DNA from: an uncultured Lachnospiraceae bacterium
GTDB lineage: Bacteria > Bacillota > Clostridia > Lachnospirales > Lachnospiraceae
Reading direction: 5' to 3'
Assembly: GCA_946538445.1 (NCBI GenBank)
Contig: CAMNGO010000001.1
Coordinates: 1-42,873 of the forward strand
Length of the DNA stretch: 42,873 bases
Under the pieces are notes generated by a model. The model was not told the origin of the DNA, did no database searches, and worked only from the letters and a program-made list of their open reading frames with translations. Below, in pieces: positions 36,527 to 42,873 of the stretch. Each line of letters opens with the position of its first letter. The first letter of the stretch is position 1. Made by a program: the position numbers and the translations under genes.

Positions 36527-37336
36527 TCAGAAAGATCCGGCCCGAACGGCCAGAAATATCATAATAATCATATATAACAAGAGAATCCCGTATGCCAGGT
36601 AGTCTCTTCTCTCGTATCTTAAAGGATGCAGCTTCGTGCGTCCGCTGCCTCCATGATAGCCTCTCGCCTCCATGGCATAGGCCAGCTCGGAAGCTCTTCT
36701 GACAGAAGATACAAACAGGGGAATCAGGACAGGTATGATCTGCCTGGCCCTCTGCAGCAGATTTCCTTCATCAAAAGAGGCACCTCTGGACATCTGCGCC
36801 TTCATGATCTTATCCAGTTCTTCTGTGAGAATGGGAATAAACCGCAAAGCGATGCACATGATCATGGCGATCTCATGCACCGGAATATGGATCCGGTTTA
36901 GAAAGCCAAGACTCTTTTCCAGTCCATCCGTCAGCCGGTTGGGTGTTGTAGTATAGGTCATGATGGAAGTCCCCATCACCAGATAGATCAGGCGCACCAC
37001 CAGAAAGACGGCCATCCGGACACCTTCCCTGGTCACAGAGAAATGCCAGATTGTAAATAGAACCGTCCCCTCTGTGCCAAAAAGATTGAACAAAGCAGAA
37101 AAAAGAATGATGAAAAGAAGTGGTTTCACGCCTCGTACCATCAATCTGACGGGAATCCCTGCCAGAAGAGTAATCGCAGCCAGAAAGATTGTAGCGCACA
37201 GCAGTCCCGATATACTTTTCCCAAGAAATAAACTGATCACAAAAATCAATGTCCCGGCCAGTTTAACCCTGGGGTCCAGCTCGTGGATCACAGAGTCCTT
37301 ATGATAATACTGTCCTAATGTCATTTCCCGAAACAT
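36527..37336 (-). CDS. ecfT: ECF transporter transmembrane component T
   Basis: LDPRVKL, ALRFIP, AQMSRG and AMEARGY motifs. Confidence 0.94.
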   Translation of the reverse strand: MFREMTLGQYYHKDSVIHELDPRVKLAGTLIFVISLFLGKSISGLLCATIFLAAITLLAGIPVRLMVRGVKPLLFIILFSALFNLFGTEGTVLFTIWHFSVTREGVRMAVFLVVRLIYLVMGTSIMTYTTTPNRLTDGLEKSLGFLNRIHIPVHEIAMIMCIALRFIPILTEELDKIMKAQMSRGASFDEGNLLQRARQIIPVLIPLFVSSVRRASELAYAMEARGYHGGSGRTKLHPLRYERRDYLAYGILLLYMIIMIFLAVRAGSF

Positions 37337-37352
37337 AATAACACATCTTTCC

Positions 37353-39233
37353 TTAGATCTCCGGGCTGGAGAAGTCCAGCTCCCGGCTGATATAATCTGC
37401 CAGTCTCGTCTCCGTCACGGGAATCACGCTACTCTCTGAGCCAAAATCCGATCCCCTCAATTTATAATAGAAGGATAAGGCCTGGGGCATCTCCAATCCC
37501 AATTCCTCAATCTCTTTTTCTCTGGAAAATACTTCTCCGGGTGTCCCCTCCATGATGATCTTTCCCCGATCCATGACGATCATACGATCTGTATATTCGG
37601 CCACATCATCCATATCGTGGGATACCAGGAGAATCCCTGTCTTCTTGTTTTTATTCAAATCCCTCAGAAGATGAAATAAATTATCCTTGCCCGGCTGATC
37701 CATGCCGGCTGCCGGCTCGTCCAGCACAAGGTATTCCGGATTCATGGCCAGTATCCCGGCCAGAGCCACCTTCCTCTTCTGTCCGCCGGAAAGGACCAGG
37801 GGAGATAAGGATTCCATCTGCTCCGGGAGACCCAGCAATTCCATGGCTTCCCTGGCTCTCTTCAGACAGACCCATTTGGTACATCCCATGTTGGCCGGTC
37901 CAAAGCAGATGTCTTTTAAAACGGTCTCTTCAAAGAGCTGATACTCCGGATACTGAAAACACAAGGCCACCTTCTGTCGTACTTCCTTCAGAGAAAGCTC
38001 CGGTCCATGAATATCTTTTCCGTCATAGAAGCAATGCCCCTTGACAGGTTTCAGTAAACCATTCAGATGTTGAAGTAAGGTGGATTTGCCGGACCCGGTC
38101 TTTCCGACAATGGCCAGGAAATCCCCTCTTCTCATGGAAAAGGAAATATCATGTAAAGCTTCGGTTGCTTTCCCTGCCTTAAGATTATTATAAGTATAGC
38201 TAAGATGACGGCAGCTGATCTGCCCTCCATCTCCGGACTGGTCTGATTCCTCTGAATCACCTTTCCTGCCGGAATCTCTATGGAGACCCGGGCTTTCGCA
38301 GCCTTCCGGTTCAGGAATCTCCGAGGAAGTGAAGTCTGTCAACTCTGATAGTCGTTTCAGTTTCCAGTAGCTTTTTTCAGCCATCTGATCTTCCAGGTAA
38401 TCCAGCAAGTCCTGCTCATTATGAAGCCGGGGAACATTGATCCCCCTGTCTCTGAGATGATGTACCAGTCTCAGAGTAAAAGGCAGACGGATACCGCATT
38501 CCTCCAACTGATCCGGCTGATCCCATATCATTTCCGGAGAACCATGGAGCGCAATCTTCCCTTCCTTCATCACATAGATGGTATTCGCTTTCTCCACTTC
38601 CTCCATTCGGTGGGTAATCAGTATGATGGTAATCTTTTTCTCCTGATTCAGGTGACGGACAGCCTCAAGAACTTCCTTTCTGCCCTGAGGGTCCAGCATG
38701 GCTGTGGGTTCATCCAGGATGATGCATTTCGGCTCCATGGCAAGAATTCCTGCTATGGCAATCTTCTGCTTCTGCCCTCCGGATAATCTGCCCGGAGTAT
38801 CAAAGCGATAGCCATTCATGCTTACCATGGACAGTGCCTTCTCCACCCTCCCGGAAAGTTCTTCCTGGGCTACTCCCAGGTTCTCCGGTCCAAAAGCCAC
38901 ATCCTCCTCCACCGTATTCCCCACAATCTGATTATCCGGGTTCTGAAAGACCATGCCCACTTTAGTGCGGATGGAAATGGCATTATTGCTGTCCCGACTG
39001 TTCAGTCCGTCGATGTAGACATACCCTTCCGTGGGAGTCAACAAACCTGCCAGTTGTTTAGCCAGGGTGGACTTCCCGGAGCCGTTCTGCCCCAGAATAC
39101 CCACAAAATCACCGGGATTCACAGCAAGATCAATCCCCTCTAAAGCGGAGCGGAAGGATTCTTCTTTCTGATCCGGAGAGAAAACCTTATAACGAAATAT
39201 GAGATTTACTGCCTTCAATATATTCATAGTCAT
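37353..39233 (-). CDS. ecfA: ECF transporter ATPase, fused EcfA1-EcfA2
   Basis: Two complete ABC domains (GQNGSGKST/FQNPDNQ/LSGGQ/LDEP and GKTGSGKST/FQYPEYQLF/LSGGQ/LDEP) in one ORF; start 39233 or 39227. Confidence 0.9.
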   Translation of the reverse strand: MTMNILKAVNLIFRYKVFSPDQKEESFRSALEGIDLAVNPGDFVGILGQNGSGKSTLAKQLAGLLTPTEGYVYIDGLNSRDSNNAISIRTKVGMVFQNPDNQIVGNTVEEDVAFGPENLGVAQEELSGRVEKALSMVSMNGYRFDTPGRLSGGQKQKIAIAGILAMEPKCIILDEPTAMLDPQGRKEVLEAVRHLNQEKKITIILITHRMEEVEKANTIYVMKEGKIALHGSPEMIWDQPDQLEECGIRLPFTLRLVHHLRDRGINVPRLHNEQDLLDYLEDQMAEKSYWKLKRLSELTDFTSSEIPEPEGCESPGLHRDSGRKGDSEESDQSGDGGQISCRHLSYTYNNLKAGKATEALHDISFSMRRGDFLAIVGKTGSGKSTLLQHLNGLLKPVKGHCFYDGKDIHGPELSLKEVRQKVALCFQYPEYQLFEETVLKDICFGPANMGCTKWVCLKRAREAMELLGLPEQMESLSPLVLSGGQKRKVALAGILAMNPEYLVLDEPAAGMDQPGKDNLFHLLRDLNKNKKTGILLVSHDMDDVAEYTDRMIVMDRGKIIMEGTPGEVFSREKEIEELGLEMPQALSFYYKLRGSDFGSESSVIPVTETRLADYISRELDFSSPEI

Positions 39234-39241
39234 ATATCCAC

Positions 39242-39274
39242 AAAACCCCATGCCAGCTGTAACCGACATGGGGT
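39242..39274 (-). terminator. Intrinsic terminator after rplQ
   Basis: ACCCCATG/CATGGGGT stem followed by TTT on the minus strand. Confidence 0.65.
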
Positions 39275-39293
39275 CATAGTATACTTGATAGGA

Positions 39294-39830
39294 TTAAACA
39301 AGCTCGATGATAACTTCCATAGCAGCGTCACCTTTACGCTGTCCAACCTTGATGATACGTGTGTAACCACCATTGCGGTTTGCGTACTTTGTACCGTACT
39401 CATCAAAGATCTTCTGTGGAAGGTCAACCTTCTTTGTCTGGGCTTTTCTTCCTTTACCCTCAGCAGGAACTTCTGTTACAGGGTATAAGAACTTTAACAT
39501 CTGACGACGTGCATGAAGTCTGGAAGGAAGATCTTTCTTGATCTCTTTCTCAACGGTATCGTATACAGTCACTTTCTTGCCGTCAACTACTTCTTTCACT
39601 CTCTTGCCATCTTTATCTTTACGGGCAACCTTAGCCTGAACCTTAACAGTCTCATAGTTGTCTTTCTCTTTTACACCCAGAGCGATAAAGCCTTCAGCGA
39701 TCTTGCGGATCTCTTTTGCCTTAGCTTCTGTGGTACGGATCTTTCCATGATAAAGGAGCATTGTAACCTGGTTACGAAGTAATGCTTTTCTCTGGTTGGA
39801 ATTTCTGCCTAATTTTCTGTACATTGCCAT
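39294..39830 (-). CDS. rplQ: 50S ribosomal protein L17 (with internal insertion)
   Basis: RKLGR-S-QRKALLRN, TTEAKAKE, RNGGYTRI-K, RKGDAA. Confidence 0.96.
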   Translation of the reverse strand: MAMYRKLGRNSNQRKALLRNQVTMLLYHGKIRTTEAKAKEIRKIAEGFIALGVKEKDNYETVKVQAKVARKDKDGKRVKEVVDGKKVTVYDTVEKEIKKDLPSRLHARRQMLKFLYPVTEVPAEGKGRKAQTKKVDLPQKIFDEYGTKYANRNGGYTRIIKVGQRKGDAAMEVIIELV

Positions 39831-39918
39831 AATAATGGACCTCCTGATTCATTTTTCGCTATGCCTACTGATACTTCAGCCTAAGCGGGTCTATTGATAA
39901 TTCTATGGGTAATTTCTC

Positions 39919-40878
39919 TTACTCCTCGCTGGAATTGAGAGAAAGACCTAACTCTTTTAACTTGGCCAACACTTCCTCCAGGGACTTACGTCCAAGGTTA
40001 CGAACCTTCATCATATCCTCTGAAGTCTTGTTGGTGAGTTCTTCCACTGTATTGATGCCTGCTCTCTTAAGACAGTTATAAGAACGTACGGATAATTCCA
40101 GTTCGTCGATATTCATCTCCAGAACCTTATCCACCGGATTCTCTGCTGTCTCGATCATAACTTCTGCCTGTTTTGCATTCTCAGACAGATCGATGAACAG
40201 ACTTAAATGCTCGCTGAGAACCTTCGCTGCCAGACTTACCGCCTCATCGGGAGGTAATGTTCCATTTGTGAATACATCAAGTGTGAGCTTATCGAAATCA
40301 GTGATCTGACCTACACGGGTATTCTCCACTTTCAGATTCACACGCTCAACAGGTGTAAAGATGGAATCGACAACGATCGTGTCGATGGACATATCCTCAG
40401 TTTTGTTCTTATCGGCGCCAACGTAGCCTCTGCCTTTGGCGATGGTAAGCTCTGCCTCAAAATGGCTTTCTGCTCCGCCATTTAAGGTGCAGATGACCAG
40501 ATCGGGATTGATGATCTCAATATCACTGTCAACCTGGATGTCTGCGGCCGTAACCACACGTTCGCCTTCCACATCGATAAATGCGCGCTTGAGCTCGTTG
40601 GAAGAGCTGTTGTTTTTAATCGCCAGCTCTTTGATATTCATAATGATTTCAGTGACATCTTCCTTCACTCCGGGAATGGAGCTGAACTCATGGAGAACAC
40701 CTTTGATCTTCACAGAGTTAACTGCAGCCCCCGGGAGGGATGATAACATGATTCTTCTTAAGGAGTTACCTAAAGTTGTGCCGTAACCTCTTTCCAAAGG
40801 CTCAACAACAAAACGACCATATTTTTTATCTTCTGAAATTTCTGCGATTTCAATTCTTGGTTTCTCAAAATCAAACAC
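39919..40878 (-). CDS. rpoA: RNA polymerase alpha subunit
   Basis: [17 protein letters not shown]; [16 protein letters not shown]; NLGRKS. Confidence 0.99.
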   Translation of the reverse strand: MFDFEKPRIEIAEISEDKKYGRFVVEPLERGYGTTLGNSLRRIMLSSLPGAAVNSVKIKGVLHEFSSIPGVKEDVTEIIMNIKELAIKNNSSSNELKRAFIDVEGERVVTAADIQVDSDIEIINPDLVICTLNGGAESHFEAELTIAKGRGYVGADKNKTEDMSIDTIVVDSIFTPVERVNLKVENTRVGQITDFDKLTLDVFTNGTLPPDEAVSLAAKVLSEHLSLFIDLSENAKQAEVMIETAENPVDKVLEMNIDELELSVRSYNCLKRAGINTVEELTNKTSEDMMKVRNLGRKSLEEVLAKLKELGLSLNSSEE

Positions 40879-40938
40879 GTTGGGACCCTCCTTGTTGGTA
40901 GACGTAAACTAAGATAAAACAGCTTCCTAATACCACAA

Positions 40939-40972
40939 TTGAATGCCTGCAGAATATTATACAGGCATTCAA
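40939..40972. repeat. Inverted repeat between rpsD and rpoA
   Basis: Perfect 11-bp stem TTGAATGCCTG/CAGGCATTCAA without a T tract. Confidence 0.7.
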
Positions 40973-40986
40973 CCGGAAGAATCTTA

Positions 40987-41580
40987 TTATTTAGAATACA
41001 ACTCGACGATAAGTGTCTCGTTTACAGGAACGTCGATCATGTCTCTTGCGGGGAGTTCTTTAACGGTACCCTTGAGTTCTTCTACATCAGCGTCTAACCA
41101 AGCCGGAACTAAAGTGCCATTTGTGGCTTCCACGATGTCTTTATATCTCTGCATGGATTTCTTGTTTTCCTTAACTTCGATTACATCACCCGGTTTTACG
41201 ATGTAGGAAGGGATATTAACGCACTTGCCGTTAACCAGGATGTGTTTGTGGCCGACAACCTGTCTTGCCTCTCTTCTGGTGCGGGCAAATCCCATACGGT
41301 ATACGATATTATCTAATCTGGTCTCCAGGAGTACCATAAGGTTGAGACCGGTAAGGCCTTTCATTCTCTCTGCTTTTGCATAGTAATTTCTGAAAGGTTT
41401 CTCTAATACGCCGTAGATGAATTTTGCTTTCTGTTTTTCACGAAGCTGAAGTCCGTACTCGCTTACTTTTCTGCTGGAACGAACCAGTTTTCTATTGGAT
41501 TTCTTTGTAATTCCCAAGTAAATAGGATCCATGTCTAAAGATCTGCATCTCTTGAGAATAGGGGTTCTATCAACTGCCAT
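40987..41580 (-). CDS. rpsD: 30S ribosomal protein S4
   Basis: [35 protein letters not shown]. Confidence 0.98.
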   Translation of the reverse strand: MAVDRTPILKRCRSLDMDPIYLGITKKSNRKLVRSSRKVSEYGLQLREKQKAKFIYGVLEKPFRNYYAKAERMKGLTGLNLMVLLETRLDNIVYRMGFARTRREARQVVGHKHILVNGKCVNIPSYIVKPGDVIEVKENKKSMQRYKDIVEATNGTLVPAWLDADVEELKGTVKELPARDMIDVPVNETLIVELYSK

Positions 41581-41600
41581 TCTAACTTACCTCCTTCAGA

Positions 41601-41996
41601 CTAGACTCTTCTTCTCTTTGGTGGACGGCATCCGTTATGCGGAACCGGAGTAACATCCTTGATGCTGGTTACTTCAAGACCGCATGCAGAAAGTGCACGG
41701 ATTGCTGCCTCTCTACCTGAGCCAGGTCCTTTCACCATAACTTCTACAGTTTTTAAACCATGGATCAAAGCAGCCTTTGTAGCATGCTCTGCAGCCATCT
41801 GTGCAGCATATGGTGTGGATTTCTTGGAGCCTCTGAAGCCCATCTCACCGGCGGAAGCCCATGAAAGAGCATTACCTTCAGAGTCAGTTAATGTTACAAT
41901 TGTATTATTAAAAGATGACTGGATATGTGCCTGTCCATGCTGGACGTTCTTTTTCACACGTTTTTTTGTCACTTTTTTAGCTGTTTTCTTTGCCAT
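41601..41996 (-). CDS. rpsK: 30S ribosomal protein S11
   Basis: [35 protein letters not shown]. Confidence 0.98.
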   Translation of the reverse strand: MAKKTAKKVTKKRVKKNVQHGQAHIQSSFNNTIVTLTDSEGNALSWASAGEMGFRGSKKSTPYAAQMAAEHATKAALIHGLKTVEVMVKGPGSGREAAIRALSACGLEVTSIKDVTPVPHNGCRPPKRRRV

Positions 41997-42037
41997 CGAC
42001 AAAAACCTCCTGATAGATCAATACTACTCTGTACTAA

Positions 42038-42406
42038 TTATTTCTTCTTATTTGCAACTGTCTTTCTCGGTCCTTTACGTGTTCTGGCATTCGTTTTTGT
42101 CTTCTGGCCACGAACCGGTAAACCTTTTCTGTGACGGATTCCTCTGTAACATCCGATCTCCTGGAGACGTTTGATGTTCATGGCAACCTCTCTTCTGAGA
42201 TCACCTTCTACCTGATAGTCGTTATTGATGATTTCACTGATACGACGAACTTCATCATCTGTAAGATCACGTACACGGGTATCCGGATTCACATCTGCTG
42301 CCTCAACAATCTTAGAAGCCGTTGTTCTTCCGATTCCATAAATATAAGTAAGACCGATTTCTACACGTTTTTCTCTAGGTAAATCAACACCTGAAATACG
42401 AGCCAT
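42038..42406 (-). CDS. rpsM: 30S ribosomal protein S13
   Basis: [10 protein letters not shown]...[26 protein letters not shown]. Confidence 0.98.
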   Translation of the reverse strand: MARISGVDLPREKRVEIGLTYIYGIGRTTASKIVEAADVNPDTRVRDLTDDEVRRISEIINNDYQVEGDLRREVAMNIKRLQEIGCYRGIRHRKGLPVRGQKTKTNARTRKGPRKTVANKKK

Positions 42407-42730
42407 GTGTGCACCTCCGCTAATTAATTCATCCGATAAGATCCATCGCTACCGCAGTACGGTGAAATGACTAGCGTGTCTCAAACCGAATGTGCTCATA
42501 AACTAACAATTCGTGAGTATTTGTTGACTCACACAGATAAGGCCGAAAGTATCCTCTCCGCCTCATGTTCGAAAAATATTCTGAATTTCAATGAGCTTCC
42601 ACTCATTGCAGCCGCTTTAAAAAAATAATTGCCATGACGGTGGCAACTTCACTTACATATCTGTGCCTACCAGATATGCAACCAATGACACAACATAAAC
42701 AGGTATCCTACTGGTTACAAAGAACAATCT

Positions 42731-42844
42731 TTATCCCTGTCTTTGTTTATGTTTTGGATTTTCGCAAATGATTCTGATGGAGCCTTTGCGACGAATGACT
42801 TTACATTTCTCGCAGATAGGCTTTACTGATGCTCTAACCTTCAC
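42731..42844 (-). CDS. rpmJ: 50S ribosomal protein L36 (zinc-ribbon form), 37 aa
   Basis: Manual translation from GTG: [37 protein letters not shown]; too short for the ORF track. Confidence 0.97.
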   Translation of the reverse strand: MKVRASVKPICEKCKVIRRKGSIRIICENPKHKQRQG

Positions 42845-42873
42845 GATTTTTTTCTCCTTTCCAAAACGCTCGA

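Noticed and set aside
1-42873. CRISPR arrays, tRNA/rRNA genes, IS elements, prophage genes
   Set aside because: None seen: intergenic gaps are short and lack periodic repeats, and no ORF resembles a mobile-element protein.

Overview
This 42.9-kb window looks like chromosomal DNA from an anaerobic Firmicute, probably Lachnospiraceae-like (inferred from gene order and the long L17). Every credible gene but one is on the minus strand. Most of it is housekeeping: the end of the ribosomal alpha cluster (rpmJ-rpsM-rpsK-rpsD-rpoA-rplQ), ecfA-ecfT-truA-rplM-rpsI, galE, peptidases, rnhA, recU and yicC-remA-gmk-rpoZ-murE-priA-def-fmt. The standout is a tightly packed 8-gene operon at 23323-31501. It joins a nitrogenase-like reductase (NifH-like plus two divergent NifD/K-fold subunits with atypical Cys patterns) to the Fe(CN)2CO-building Hyp proteins (HypF, a shortened HypC, HypD, HypE) and a TM1266-family protein. 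No hydrogenase, HypA/HypB or NifB/E/N gene is present in the window. A ~230-nt structured leader that can hide the ribosome-binding site precedes the operon. Secondary oddities are a HEPN-like/CBS fusion protein, an adjacent pair of apparently catalytically degenerate LCP and TagA proteins, and a fused EcfA1-EcfA2 ATPase. I saw no mobile element, CRISPR array, tRNA or rRNA. All calls come from reading motifs by eye; no searches were run.
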